A stretch of DNA of 64,000 nucleotides from Phormidesmis sp. (GCA_965248535.1 CBDFJR010000005.1:2272001-2336000); one strand, 5' to 3'; positions 10,503 through 21,563 are shown, counted from the first letter of the stretch. Numbers and translations are program-made. Notes: a model not told the origin generated them from the sequence alone.

Positions 10503-10609
10503 GCCAAAAGCAGGGTTAATATCATGCCAAGATAGGGTTCGATCGGATAGGTTTCCGATCTTTGTTGTCTCTGAGGTTTATTGTCTCTGAGGTTTGTAGT
10601 TTGACTAGC

Positions 10610-10905
10610 TCAGACTGTTGAGGCAACAACACCACATTAACAGTTACTAAAACTCAAGCGATCGGGGATGTGAACAACGGAACCCATCCAGTGGGTCTGA
10701 GTGTTGCCGCCGTGATTCCGAAAGATGTAGACGTGCCAGTAGTATTCAACTATATAATTCTCAACAACGGGCATGGAGATCATGCCACTATTCAGCATGG
10801 TTTTGAAACCCATTGTCGGCGCTTGGTGTCAACGTGGCTAAGGCAGCAACAACGGCCATAGGGGGAGCGATCGGCGCTGTGCTCGGCGCGGAGCTTGGTA
10901 CTTAG
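10610..10905 (+). pseudogene. Probable internal gene fragment of unknown family
   Basis: Protein-like GNNPTLTVTKTQAIGDVNNGTHPVGL..VVFNYIILNNGH, then in another frame KAATTAIGGAIGAVLGAELGT; no credible start. Confidence 0.4.
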
Positions 10906-11116
10906 CCTAAATTCTACGAAATTCACTCCCTGTCTTTGTCGTTGCCTTCAGCGTTCACCCGCTCTGAAATTCCTTCAGGGTGGGGCAACATTGAAGCACA
11001 ATAAATATCAAAGACTCCTCAGATAGTCTCTAAGTATTATTTAACTAACCGCGACATGAATTTCCACGATCGCGGTTTTTGTGCGATCGTGCCCGTCTAG
11101 CTTTGTTCAAACATAG

Positions 11117-11415
11117 GAGAGCTAAGAAGATCGTCAGTGGTAACGGAATCAGGAATGTAACTAATAAAACTCGTCAACGAAAATGGGGGTCAAACTAAAT
11201 CATAAACTGAATTTCTGATAAACGTTTGTAGCTAAAACTTACAATAGACAGTAGATAATTTTATGAGAAGCGGTATAAGACAAGTGATATCGTAAAGAAA
11301 CATTACTCTAGACTCTCTAGAGAGATGTTGACTATCACGCTCAAGCCTTGTTGTGTCTAGTTTCTAGAATCCTCTTCACCCAAGTAGGTGAGTTTACCTT
11401 AGCAGGTTGCTCCCT
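11117..11415 (+). repeat. Copy 1 of ~300-bp non-coding direct repeat (upstream region of hybrid kinase)
   Basis: Collinear with 32436-32735; 11252-11318 matches 32572-32638 at 66/67 nt. Confidence 0.92.
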
Positions 11416-11499
11416 TATTCTAGAGGGGGTGATCGAGCGTCAAAGCGTCGGTTCCGCATCCACTGTCTAACCGTGCTGTTTGATACAAGGAGTCTGTAG

Positions 11500-14400
11500 A
11501 TGCGTTCATTAAACCGCCAGTTATTAAAGCTTGCTAGAAGTGTGCCGTTGCGTCACATTTTGATAGTCCCTTTTATCCTGCAAATTTCGTTGGCGGTGGG
11601 TTTAACTGGGTGGCTCTCTATTCGCAATGGGCAACAAGCTGTTAACAATGTTGCAGGACAACTGCGAATAGAGAGCACGGCTCGAATTCAGCAATATCTG
11701 CAAACCTATGTCGAAACGCCTCACAAAATTAATGAACTCAATGCCGATTCGATTCGGTTAGGTGAGCTTGATGTGCAAGATCTGGCGGCTTTAGAACGAC
11801 ACCTCTGGTATCAACTTGAGACGTTTGATACTGTGACAGCAATTTATGTCGGGTCAGAGTTTCAAGAACACGTTGCGGTCGAACGTGATGATGAGGGCCA
11901 CTTTCAAGTGAAAGTTTCGGGAAAGTCTACTGACCATGAAATCCGCATCTATGCTGCTGATCGTCCAGGGCATCGCACCAAGCTCCTAAGGGCCAGACCT
12001 CACTACAATCCGCAGACTCGCCCCTGGTATCGATCGGCGGTCAAGTCTGGCACCGCAAGCTGGGGCGGCATCTATCGATTGTTTGCCACCCCCAGGTATG
12101 TGCTGAATGCTAGCTTGCCGATCTATGACGATCGCCGCAATTTGTTAGGGGTTGCTGCCGTTGATTTCTCACTCACGGGAATCAGTCAGTTTCTTCGCAG
12201 TTTAAAGATTGGACGATCGGGCGAAACGTTTATTGTTGAACGTCAAACGGGTCTGTTGGTGGGCAGTTCTGCGACTCAGCAACCCTACGTGATTCAAAAC
12301 CCTGCTGCGCCCATTGCAGAACAAAATCCGATGCGAGTCAAAGCAACTGAGAGCCACGACTCCTTGACCCGCCGCACGGCTGAATATTTGCAGCAACGGT
12401 TTGGAAAGGTCGATCAGATTGCTCAACCTCAACAACTCGACTTTGATATTGAGGGGCAACGACAATTTTTGCAAGTGGTGCCGCTCAAAACGGTTCAGGG
12501 GCTAGATTGGCTGATCATTGTGGTCGTTCCAGAAAGCGATTTTATGGATCAAATTCATGCCAACACTCGCACCACGATCGTGCTTTGTCTGAGCGCCTTT
12601 GCGCTGGCAACTGCTTTAGGCATTTTAACCGCCCGCTGGATTTCTCAACCGATTCTCAAGTTAGGCAGCGCGGCAAAAGCGATCGCAGCAGGAAACTTGG
12701 ATCAAACGGTCTCTGTGAGCAGCACCACTGAGCTAAATGGGTTGGCCCAATCGTTTAACCAAATGGCGCAGCAGTTGCGCGAATCTTTCTCAGCGTTGGC
12801 CCGCACGAATGAAGAATTAGAAAGCAGAGTCGAGCAGCGAACGATCGAACTTGGTGAACGAAACATTCAGCTTCAGCAAGAAGTGCGCGATCGTCAAATC
12901 GCAGAAGCCGCGCTCAAAACTTCTGAGGCAGAACTTCGATTAATGTTTGCAGCTATGACCGATGTGGTGGTGGTGTTTGATGCAGAAGGGCGCTATCTCA
13001 AAGATATGAAAACGCAGTCTTTTATCGATGAATCTGACATTGATCGGGTAGGCAAAACGGTTCATGACGTGTTGCCTGCTCCCGTTGCTAATCTGATTGC
13101 TGATGCGATTCGTCAAGCATTAGAGCTTCGCAGACAGCCTGCTCACTCAGATAGCACTCGCAAAAATATTTTTGTGGAATATCGCTCGACAATCCACGAT
13201 CGAGAAACCTGGTTTTTAGCGAGTGTCTCTCCGTTGTCTGATCAGGCAGTGCTGTGGGTTGCTCGTGATATTAGCAAGCTCAAAAAAACCGAAGTTGCGC
13301 TCCAGCAGGCGAAGGAATCCGCAGATGCTGCAAACTTGGCTAAGAGCCAGTTTCTCTCAAACATGAGTCATGAACTTCGGACTCCTCTCAACATTATTTT
13401 GGGGTTTACTCAACTGTTATTGCGAAACCGCGCCCTCAATCCTCAGCAGCAAGACTATCTAGACACCATCAATCGCAGTGGAGAAGATCTGCTGACCCTG
13501 ATCAACGATGTATTAGAAATGTCGAAAATCGAAGCGGGTCGAGTCACCCTCAACGAAACCGATTTTGACCTCTATGGACTGCTCGATCGCCTTCAGCAAA
13601 TGTTTGATCTCAAAGCCAAATCAAAAGGCTTAGAGCTTGTTTTTGAGCGATCGAGCGATGTGCCCCACTACATTCATGCAGATGAGAGCAAGTTGCGTCA
13701 GATTCTCGTCAATTTGATTGGCAACGCGATTAAATTTACGCAGGTAGGAAGTGTGACCCTGCAAGTCAGAACTGAGAGCCAGCCTGCCGATTTAGTCAGA
13801 CTTTGCTTTAGAGTCGAAGATACTGGGTGCGGCATTGCTTCCTCTGATCTCGTTTCTCAAGATGGGTCTCAAACGCCGCGTCTGTTTGAGCCATTTGTGC
13901 AGACAGAAGCGGGTCAAAAGGCTCAAGAGGGCACCGGACTGGGATTGCCCATCAGCGATCGGTTTGTGCGACTCATGGGCGGCAATCTGACCGTTGATAG
14001 CCAGTTAGGCAAAGGCTCGACCTTTAGGTTTGAGATTAGTGCTCATGCTGTGAGACTGGATACCCTACCAGTGCCAACACCGAGTCGAGACGTGATCGGG
14101 TCAGAGCCAGGACAACCCACTTACCGAATTTTGATTGTTGAGGACAAACTTGAAAATCGACGGCTGCTAGTTGAGTTGTTGACCCCGATCGGGTTTGACG
14201 TGAGAGAAGCAGAAGACGGACAAGCGGCGATCGCGCTTTGGCAAAGTTGGTCGCCCGATCTAATCTGGATGGATCTGCGGATGCCGATCATGAACGGGTT
14301 TGAGGCAACTCAACAGATCAAATCGGCTGCTGACCAAGCTCCCGTCATTATTGCGCTAACCGGAAGTGCCTTTGAGGAAGACCGTCTCACGGCGCTCTCG

Positions 14401-14772
14401 GTGGGCTTTGATGATTTTGTGCGAAAGCCCTTTCGGACAACGGTGATCTTTGAAAAGATGGCAGAGCACTTGGGCATTCGCTATCAGTATGCAGACGAGC
14501 AAGAATCTAGGTTATTGCCCTCTTATCCACTCAAGGTTGATGACTTAAACGAGATGTCGAGCGAGTGGATTGAGCAACTCTATCAAGCAGCCCTCCGCAT
14601 CAATGCTAAAAAAATTCTCAAGTTGATTGAGCAGATTCCTGAGACCCATGATCCTCTAATCAAAGCGCTCACAGATCTCACTGAACACCTTTGTTTTGAA
14701 GAAATTATTGCTCTCACCCAGCAATCACAGACCGATCGATTAAAACCTTTTCAGATGCCACGAGAGAATTAG
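11500..14772 (+). CDS. Membrane hybrid sensor kinase (Cache-HAMP-PAS-HisKA-HATPase-REC)
   Basis: Two TM segments, RPWY Cache motif, MSHELRTPL, NAIKFT, GTGLGL, receiver DLIWMDLRMP. Confidence 0.93.
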   Translation: MRSLNRQLLKLARSVPLRHILIVPFILQISLAVGLTGWLSIRNGQQAVNNVAGQLRIESTARIQQYLQTYVETPHKINELNADSIRLGELDVQDLAALERHLWYQLETFDTVTAIYVGSEFQEHVAVERDDEGHFQVKVSGKSTDHEIRIYAADRPGHRTKLLRARPHYNPQTRPWYRSAVKSGTASWGGIYRLFATPRYVLNASLPIYDDRRNLLGVAAVDFSLTGISQFLRSLKIGRSGETFIVERQTGLLVGSSATQQPYVIQNPAAPIAEQNPMRVKATESHDSLTRRTAEYLQQRFGKVDQIAQPQQLDFDIEGQRQFLQVVPLKTVQGLDWLIIVVVPESDFMDQIHANTRTTIVLCLSAFALATALGILTARWISQPILKLGSAAKAIAAGNLDQTVSVSSTTELNGLAQSFNQMAQQLRESFSALARTNEELESRVEQRTIELGERNIQLQQEVRDRQIAEAALKTSEAELRLMFAAMTDVVVVFDAEGRYLKDMKTQSFIDESDIDRVGKTVHDVLPAPVANLIADAIRQALELRRQPAHSDSTRKNIFVEYRSTIHDRETWFLASVSPLSDQAVLWVARDISKLKKTEVALQQAKESADAANLAKSQFLSNMSHELRTPLNIILGFTQLLLRNRALNPQQQDYLDTINRSGEDLLTLINDVLEMSKIEAGRVTLNETDFDLYGLLDRLQQMFDLKAKSKGLELVFERSSDVPHYIHADESKLRQILVNLIGNAIKFTQVGSVTLQVRTESQPADLVRLCFRVEDTGCGIASSDLVSQDGSQTPRLFEPFVQTEAGQKAQEGTGLGLPISDRFVRLMGGNLTVDSQLGKGSTFRFEISAHAVRLDTLPVPTPSRDVIGSEPGQPTYRILIVEDKLENRRLLVELLTPIGFDVREAEDGQAAIALWQSWSPDLIWMDLRMPIMNGFEATQQIKSAADQAPVIIALTGSAFEEDRLTALSVGFDDFVRKPFRTTVIFEKMAEHLGIRYQYADEQESRLLPSYPLKVDDLNEMSSEWIEQLYQAALRINAKKILKLIEQIPETHDPLIKALTDLTEHLCFEEIIALTQQSQTDRLKPFQMPREN

Positions 14773-15230
14773 AAAGAGACACACGATCGCTCATCAACTC
14801 GCAGCACAGACTCTTGTCGAAATGTCTGTTTATAGGCTTGCCAAATCTGTTCAATCTGTTCGTTGCTTTCACCATTAGCGGGGTAGAGCACTATCAGCAG
14901 CCGCGATCGCTCTACAACAATTTTACCCCTTGAGTTTTTGAATTGACCGTTCGCCGTTAGCACTGTCAAACCATCTGGAAACAGGGGAGTCACCACAGTA
15001 TCAATAAATCCTTGAAATTCTTCGTCTGTTGTCTGTAAATTGATCGGTTCTGATAAACCAAAAAACAGTTCGGTTTTGCCAAAGTCATCACGAGACTGAT
15101 TTTGGCAAAAGTCAAGCTGAGAAGACTCGATTTCAGGTTGAGTCGAGAGATCAAAGGCTGATATGCTCGTTAGCATGACTCCTGTTGCTAACGAGATACC
15201 TACGATCGTAGGATGTATTCTGACTTTCAC
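14769..15230 (-). CDS. DUF3574 family secreted protein
   Basis: TELFFGL, VTPLFPDGLTV and F.QESVLRVD..CVSF motifs. Confidence 0.85.
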   Translation of the reverse strand: MKVRIHPTIVGISLATGVMLTSISAFDLSTQPEIESSQLDFCQNQSRDDFGKTELFFGLSEPINLQTTDEEFQGFIDTVVTPLFPDGLTVLTANGQFKNSRGKIVVERSRLLIVLYPANGESNEQIEQIWQAYKQTFRQESVLRVDERSCVSF

Positions 15231-15262
15231 GAATTGAACCCTGAATAATTAGTAATTAGATG

Positions 15263-15296
15263 GAGGGATGAATTGCAATGATGAGATTCATCCCTC
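15263..15296 (-). terminator. Stem-loop downstream of VOC-like gene
   Basis: GAGGGATGAAT / ATTCATCCCTC 11-bp inverted repeat. Confidence 0.5.
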
Positions 15297-15309
15297 GTTC
15301 TTAACTCAA

Positions 15310-15834
15310 CTACTGACCCGCTTTAAGCATTTCGTTCACCTGATCGGGGTTTGCTGATAAAAACTTTTGGAGCGATCGGGGGTGCATGAAGTCAAGATAT
15401 TGGGCCGCAAGGGTTGGCGGCAAAAACTCCAGCAATTGTTGATTTTCAACCCAAACTTCAATCACGCTAAAGTAGCCTCGACGATCGCGTTGGGCGACCT
15501 GCCACCCTGCTCTCTCAGCGATCTCATGAACCTGTGCTTCAGAGGTCGGCACCGAGATTGCCGCATGAAAGGGACTATAGCCAGAAGACGCTGAGTTTTT
15601 TGACCAAGTAGTTTCATTGTCGTGTCTGGGTATAAACTCAGTGCCCCGTGGAATCACTTCAATCATGGTGCCGTGAGGGTCAAGCGCGAGCGTCACATAA
15701 CAGTCTGGATGAAAGGGAAACGGAGCAGATTGTCCTTGGCAAATTTCAGCTAAAACTTGAGCAACACGCATCGGCTGATCAGCCGCGATCGAGATATGGT
15801 GAATCATGATAATTTCAGAGAGAGTGGTTGCCAT
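15310..15834 (-). CDS. Conserved hypothetical protein, glyoxalase/VOC-like fold
   Basis: IHHISIAA..VAQVLAE, GTMIEV, HAAISV and VIEVWVEN..LEFL pattern. Confidence 0.7.
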   Translation of the reverse strand: MATTLSEIIMIHHISIAADQPMRVAQVLAEICQGQSAPFPFHPDCYVTLALDPHGTMIEVIPRGTEFIPRHDNETTWSKNSASSGYSPFHAAISVPTSEAQVHEIAERAGWQVAQRDRRGYFSVIEVWVENQQLLEFLPPTLAAQYLDFMHPRSLQKFLSANPDQVNEMLKAGQ

Positions 15835-15847
15835 GCTAGGGGTTTTT

Positions 15848-16132
15848 TCAACAATAGAGGGTAACATCTTCACCACAGTGATCGGCTAGATAAGAGAGAG
15901 ATTTAAACCGAATCTCAACAATTTGATCATAGAAAGGATTCAATTTGCAGAGCGGTGGAATGTGAATAATCGGGCGATCAAAAAGTTTGATTTCTCGCTC
16001 AAAGGGGCACTGAGCAGGAATGATTTTACAGAGCGATCGAGCAATAGCAGGGTGATGAATTTCTATAGACTCAAGCCAGTGCTGAATGACAGAAATCAGA
16101 TAGATTTTGTGAATTAAACTTGAACATTTCAT
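15848..16132 (-). CDS. Mo-dependent nitrogenase C-terminal-domain family small protein
   Basis: CKIIPAQCPFEREI..IPPLCKLNPFYDQIV..RFKSLSYLAD.CGEDV..YC. Confidence 0.88.
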   Translation of the reverse strand: MKCSSLIHKIYLISVIQHWLESIEIHHPAIARSLCKIIPAQCPFEREIKLFDRPIIHIPPLCKLNPFYDQIVEIRFKSLSYLADHCGEDVTLYC

Positions 16133-16266
16133 CGATTTATCCTCAATTAGAATAACTTGATCATAGAAATTCTAGAGAGGGTAAACGTCTGAAAAATGTC
16201 ATAGATTGACCTCAACGAATGGGTGATGTTCTGGATGATTTCGCTACTCTAATTGGATAGTTCTCT

Positions 16267-16280
16267 ATGACTTTTGTCAT
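16267..16280. promoter_or_regulatory. Palindrome ATGAC-N4-GTCAT, candidate response-regulator site
   Basis: ATGACTTTTGTCAT; related sites at 16189-16202, 30489-30502 and 30512-30525. Confidence 0.5.
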
Positions 16281-16360
16281 GTCTATTCGCTAAACATCTG
16301 CCTACGATCGAGAAACCAATGATCGATTCTAGATAGGGTCAATTTGGTAACAACCTCTTG

Positions 16361-19285
16361 TTAAAGCTGTTGTCGTGCCATCAGTTGAGCAAACAATCCC
16401 GTTTGATTGGCGAGTTGATTAAAACTGCCCTCCTGCACCACGCGACCACTTTGAAAAACATAAATGCGATCGGCGTTGCGAATCGTGCTGAGACGGTGAG
16501 CGATCGCGATTCGGGTCACCTTTAGACGCTCTAGGCTTTGGCTGACGATCGCTTGAGTGCGATTATCTAAAGCACTAGTCGCCTCGTCAAACAGTAGGAT
16601 TTTGGGTTTTAAGACGAGCGATCGGGCAATCAATAATCGCTGTCGCTGCCCTCCCGAAAGGTTTGTTCCGCCTTCGCTAATCACCGTGTGCATCCCCATG
16701 GGCATCGACTCGATATCCTCAGCAAAGCCAGCCATCCGAGCCGCTTCCCAGGCTTCATCCATCGTGATCAGGGCACCACTAGCGATATTCTCAAACAGCG
16801 AGGCAGAGGTTAGGCGGCTATTTTGCATCACCACGCCTAACTGCCGTCGCACGGCATAAACATCTAGCCCCGCTAAGTCTTGCCCGTCGTAATAGATCGT
16901 GCCAGATTCAGGAACATCAAACCCCAAGAGCAATCGAAATAGGGTTGATTTGCCACTCCCCGAAGCGCCCACAAAGGCGATGAATTCGCCCGGTTCGGCG
17001 CGGATGCTGACATCATCTAAGGTTAAAGGGCCATCGTCACGATATCGAAAAATGGCGTGATCAACGACGACTCGACCCGAAAGCCGACCCGGATCAGCCT
17101 TTTCAGAATTGACTTCGGGCTGGGCTTCTAAAATCGGTTGTGCTCGTTCCCACAGGGGGACAATGTTGAGAACATCGACGATCGTGCTACTTAAACTGGT
17201 CGCTCCACTAATAAAAGTACCAAATGCTGCATTGAATGCTAGAAAGACACCCGTTGATAAACTACCTTGCTGGGATTGTGATTGCTGAAGAAAGCTGGCT
17301 GCAAACCAAAAAATTGCTGCTGTAGTGAATGCAGGCAGAATTTTGTTAATCACCGCCAGAGCATCTTCGATGCCTTGGGTGCTCAACATCCATTTAATTT
17401 GCTGACTATATTGTTTGCCCCAAAATGCAAAGGCGCGAGCTTCGGCCCCAGCAACTCGAAGTTTAGTTACTCCGTTAATTAGTTGTACCATGACTCCAAA
17501 AAGCTGCCCCTGCAATTCTAATAACGGCCGAACTTTACGAAGACTAGAGATTCCTGATATAAGGGTTACGACAATATTAATGAGCGCAACAACGGTTGCG
17601 ATTAACGCGAGTGAAGGACTGTAGTAGAAGAGTAATCCTAGATTTAGAAATGCAAACAAGCTAGTAAAAATACTTCTGAGAACTGTGCTACTCAGCTTTT
17701 GGCGGATTTGACTGATCGCGCTGACTCGTGAGTTGAGATCCCCGATCGAGTATTGCCGAAAGAAAGACGCTTTGAGATTCAACAACCGATCCCAGACGGC
17801 CGATTGAGTCGAAGCATCGGCAAAGGTTTCGACCCGCATAATCGCAAACCCTTGAGCAAGCTGAAACAGCGTGCTGCCAAAAGCAGTTGCCAACAGAGCT
17901 AAGGCAATTTGAACCAATAAGCCACGATTGGCATCCGGGATGGCACTGTCGATTAAAATAGCGGTGGCTTGCGGCGCGATCATGCCCAGCAGCGTGGTCG
18001 CCATGCCTGCCACTAAGACAACTATTAACTCTTTGTAGTGTCCTCGCAGGGCAAATTTTAGCAAGTCGATCGTGGTCAAAACTTTATCAGGCAACGGACG
18101 ATAAAACGTATAGCCTGTTGGGGTGAGCGTCGCGGCACTTTTGGCAGTGACAGGGGTACGAGTTTGCTTGATCGGGTCAACGATCTCATAGTGCGTATCC
18201 GAGACAGGCAGCACCGCAACGGGATGAGTATCGGCCATCGTGTAAGCGAGCATGGCACCACAATCTTTTTTCCACCACTGACCTTGTAGCCCGATCGAGC
18301 GCGTTCGCAGTCGAGATGCCCGTGCGATCGCCTGTAGGGGATCATGGACTCGATTTAGGTCTTCAGACTTGGCAGGCGGGCGAATCGTCACGCCTAACAC
18401 GCGCCCAACGGCACCCGCTGCGATTAACAAGGACTGATCAGGATCGCTGGCTCCTGCTTGAGCCATAACCAACTGCGGAGATTGCAGCAGCGAGGCCAAC
18501 TCGCCCAGCGTTTCCTCCATGACCTGATGATTCAGGTGCTGTCGTTCGTGAAATCGCTGTAATTCTGCGTGAGTTTCTTGCTGGTCTAAAAAATAAAGGC
18601 TTTGCAGCACATAGATCTGAAGTTGAAAAATTCCTAGCAGCAGCGTGTTGGGGTCATCAATCTCAGACGTTGTTAAGCAAGAAAGCTCGATCGTGTCTTC
18701 GGCTTGAAACCACAGATCGGCACTTAAGGGCAACAGTCCCGATTGTGGTGTAAGCAATAGTTCATCAAATCCCATCCAAATCCCACGGCCGCGCTGAATT
18801 TCCACCCAGGACACCAGATCTCGCTGAGGTTGAAAAATCTGTCCATTCGTGAGGGAAAAGTAGCGCACGCCCTCTTCTTGAAACGGCAACGCCGGAGGCG
18901 CGATCGAGGACAGTGTCAATCCAAGTTGCTCAATCCAGCCATCTGCTAATATCAGGGCTTCGCCATTGCCCTCTGCCAAGAAGTCGCGAAAATCGTCGAT
19001 CGAGACTTTTAGCAAATCGGTGTCTGCGATCGCGACTGCAAACAGTTGATAAGGCATCGCTGCAAACTCGCTGCCGATCCCAAATAGTGCTTGTCTCGAT
19101 CGGGTTGTAAATAAGTAGCGACGAGTTCCTTCGGCAACGCCTTCTTTAATAGGAATCGCAAACACGGCTAGGGAACCCGACTTAACGATCCACACCGTTT
19201 GAGTGTCATCGAGAACAATCGATTCGTTGCCTTTTAGCTGACGATACTCTCCGGTTAATCGGATGCTCTGAATTTGATCCAACAT
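16361..19285 (-). CDS. NHLP-type bacteriocin export ABC transporter, permease/ATPase subunit (no peptidase)
   Basis: TM domain, GASGSGKS, LSGGQRQR, FDEATSALD; long N-terminal extension; WWKKDCGAMLA motif. Confidence 0.9.
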   Translation of the reverse strand: MLDQIQSIRLTGEYRQLKGNESIVLDDTQTVWIVKSGSLAVFAIPIKEGVAEGTRRYLFTTRSRQALFGIGSEFAAMPYQLFAVAIADTDLLKVSIDDFRDFLAEGNGEALILADGWIEQLGLTLSSIAPPALPFQEEGVRYFSLTNGQIFQPQRDLVSWVEIQRGRGIWMGFDELLLTPQSGLLPLSADLWFQAEDTIELSCLTTSEIDDPNTLLLGIFQLQIYVLQSLYFLDQQETHAELQRFHERQHLNHQVMEETLGELASLLQSPQLVMAQAGASDPDQSLLIAAGAVGRVLGVTIRPPAKSEDLNRVHDPLQAIARASRLRTRSIGLQGQWWKKDCGAMLAYTMADTHPVAVLPVSDTHYEIVDPIKQTRTPVTAKSAATLTPTGYTFYRPLPDKVLTTIDLLKFALRGHYKELIVVLVAGMATTLLGMIAPQATAILIDSAIPDANRGLLVQIALALLATAFGSTLFQLAQGFAIMRVETFADASTQSAVWDRLLNLKASFFRQYSIGDLNSRVSAISQIRQKLSSTVLRSIFTSLFAFLNLGLLFYYSPSLALIATVVALINIVVTLISGISSLRKVRPLLELQGQLFGVMVQLINGVTKLRVAGAEARAFAFWGKQYSQQIKWMLSTQGIEDALAVINKILPAFTTAAIFWFAASFLQQSQSQQGSLSTGVFLAFNAAFGTFISGATSLSSTIVDVLNIVPLWERAQPILEAQPEVNSEKADPGRLSGRVVVDHAIFRYRDDGPLTLDDVSIRAEPGEFIAFVGASGSGKSTLFRLLLGFDVPESGTIYYDGQDLAGLDVYAVRRQLGVVMQNSRLTSASLFENIASGALITMDEAWEAARMAGFAEDIESMPMGMHTVISEGGTNLSGGQRQRLLIARSLVLKPKILLFDEATSALDNRTQAIVSQSLERLKVTRIAIAHRLSTIRNADRIYVFQSGRVVQEGSFNQLANQTGLFAQLMARQQL

Positions 19286-19287
19286 GA

Positions 19288-21561
19288 TTAGGTCTCCTGA
19301 AGGGCTTCGCCCTCGCTGCGAATCAGTTGCAAATATTTGCCTTCGATCTGCTGTAGCTCGTCATGGGTGCCTCGCTGCACAACCTTGCCCCGATCGAAGA
19401 CAATAATTTCGTCACAATCTCGAATAGTGCTTAATCGATGCGCCACAATAACACAGGTACAGCCTCGTTCTCGCAGCTTCTGATCGACGAGTTTCTCCGT
19501 TTCAGAATCGAGAGCACTAGTCGCTTCATCCATCACGAGAATGGTCGGATTGTTGACTAAAGCACGGGCAATTTCTAATCGTTGTCGTTGCCCACCGCTT
19601 AAATTAGTGGCTCCTTCTGCGAGGTCAGCGCTATAGCCTCCCGGCATCGACAGCACGACATCCTGAATGGCAGCATCTTTGCAAGCGCGCACCAAATTGC
19701 TAAACGGAACGGTGGAATCCCACAGGGTGAGATTGTCTCGCACACTGCCTGCAAACAGCGAGATATCTTGCTCAATCAGGGCCATTGAATAGGTGATCTG
19801 CGATCGGGGAATCTGAGATCTCAGTTGACCATCGAACAGGATCTCTCCTGCCCACGGCTCATACAATCCACAAATCAGTTTGGCAACTGTTGATTTGCCC
19901 GACCCACTTCCGCCTACCAATGCGACTCGCTGACCCGGCTTGAGCGACAAACTCAAGTCTTCAATCAACGGAGGCGCAGAGCGGTTATAGCCAAAGGTGA
20001 GGTGACGCAGATCGATATAGCCTTGCAGTCGCACCGTTGCAGCCGAGAGTTCATGAATCGGTGGAGCACTGATTTCTGTCTCAACAACGGGGTCGATCGA
20101 GTTCCGCAACACGTCATCTAATCGACCGAGATTGCCTTCCATTTCCTGAAGTTCACCCGCCAGACCCACAAGGTTATTCACAGGCTCTAAAAATCGCTGC
20201 ATCAATGCTTGAAAGGCAATCAGCATTCCAATACTCAGAACGCCATCCATCACGCGCAGTCCGCCGACAACCAGTAATAGCATCGACGTAATCGCGGTCA
20301 AAAATGACGGCAATACTCCTAAGGTTTGATTGGTTGTATCCATTTCTTGCCGAGCATTGATCGCTTTGGCATAGTAGCCTGCCCAGCGCGAGAAGAATTC
20401 TGACTCTAACCCCGATGCCTTCAGCGTTTCCATACTCTGAAGTCCTGAAATAGACACGCCGCTGACTTTGCCTTGTTCTTGCATCAGCCGCAGATTGGCA
20501 TCTACGCGCTGCCGTGACACCCATCGCCAGACAGAGACATTGACGATCACAAAGGCAATCCCGATCGAGGTCAGCACGACATCGTATTGCAACATCACAA
20601 TGGCATAGAAAACCACCGTGACGGCAGAAATCACCGTTGTTGCTAATCGCCCTGAGAGCAAGCTTGCTAGGCTGTCATTCAGCCGCACTCGACTGCTGAT
20701 TTCTCCTGCAAATCGCTGGTCATAAAAGCTGACAGGCAGCCGTAAAATATGCCAGAGAAATCGGCTAGACATTCCAACTGCTAACTTAATTCTCATGCGG
20801 CGCAGAAATTTAAGCTGAAGCAGCGTTAAAAATCCGCTTAACACTGCGGTGAAAATGATGCCGAGAATTAAGGGACGCAGCCAATCGTCTCGTCCTTCGA
20901 TTAAAACATTATCAATAAACGCTTGGGAGAATGCTGGCATAGCTAACCCAGGAATCACTAACAGCAATCCTGCGATCACACAATATATTAATGCCCCGAT
21001 CGAACTCTGCAATCGATCCCACAACGCAAGCGTCAGGCTCGGTTTACGTCCTCCAGGTTGAAACTCTAACCCCGGCTCACCGACCAACACCACCCCTGTA
21101 AACGACTGATCGAATTCTGCTTGGGTGACGGTGCGCGGGCCAGTTGCCGGATCATTGAGATAAACACTATCTTTGTGAAACCCTTCAACCACCAAGAAGT
21201 GATTAAAGTTCCAGAAAACAATATAGGGACACTCTAATTTGCGTAACCCATCTAAATCGACCTTAAAGCCCTTTGCCTGCAATCCATAGCTGCGAGCCGC
21301 GTTGAGAATGTTAGACGCTTTGCTGCCGTCGCGAGAAACGCCGCAGGCTTGACGCAATTCGGCGAGGGGAACAATCCGATTGTGGTATCCCAGCACAATG
21401 CCCAATGCTGCTGCACCACATTCGACGGCCTCCATTTGCAAGAGAGTCGGAGTTTTACGGCGACGATTACTCCGAAGGGGGAACTGTTTTGCAACGGGGC
21501 GACTCACCCTCTGTTGAAGGTGTCTCAAGCTCCGCCCAATATAGCCTTGAAGTTGCTGCAT
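19288..21561 (-). CDS. NHLP-type C39 peptidase/permease/ATPase (PCAT)
   Basis: QMEAVECGAAAL catalytic Cys, WNFNHFLVV His, GGSGSGKS, LSGGQRQR. Confidence 0.93.
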   Translation of the reverse strand: MQQLQGYIGRSLRHLQQRVSRPVAKQFPLRSNRRRKTPTLLQMEAVECGAAALGIVLGYHNRIVPLAELRQACGVSRDGSKASNILNAARSYGLQAKGFKVDLDGLRKLECPYIVFWNFNHFLVVEGFHKDSVYLNDPATGPRTVTQAEFDQSFTGVVLVGEPGLEFQPGGRKPSLTLALWDRLQSSIGALIYCVIAGLLLVIPGLAMPAFSQAFIDNVLIEGRDDWLRPLILGIIFTAVLSGFLTLLQLKFLRRMRIKLAVGMSSRFLWHILRLPVSFYDQRFAGEISSRVRLNDSLASLLSGRLATTVISAVTVVFYAIVMLQYDVVLTSIGIAFVIVNVSVWRWVSRQRVDANLRLMQEQGKVSGVSISGLQSMETLKASGLESEFFSRWAGYYAKAINARQEMDTTNQTLGVLPSFLTAITSMLLLVVGGLRVMDGVLSIGMLIAFQALMQRFLEPVNNLVGLAGELQEMEGNLGRLDDVLRNSIDPVVETEISAPPIHELSAATVRLQGYIDLRHLTFGYNRSAPPLIEDLSLSLKPGQRVALVGGSGSGKSTVAKLICGLYEPWAGEILFDGQLRSQIPRSQITYSMALIEQDISLFAGSVRDNLTLWDSTVPFSNLVRACKDAAIQDVVLSMPGGYSADLAEGATNLSGGQRQRLEIARALVNNPTILVMDEATSALDSETEKLVDQKLRERGCTCVIVAHRLSTIRDCDEIIVFDRGKVVQRGTHDELQQIEGKYLQLIRSEGEALQET

Positions 21562-21563
21562 GA

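Noticed and set aside
11292..11306. NtcA box in the repeat core
   Set aside because: Spacing is GTA-N9-TAC, not the canonical N8
15848..16132. Nitrogen-fixation gene cluster
   Set aside because: Only the domain name suggests it; there are no nifHDK or cofactor genes in the window
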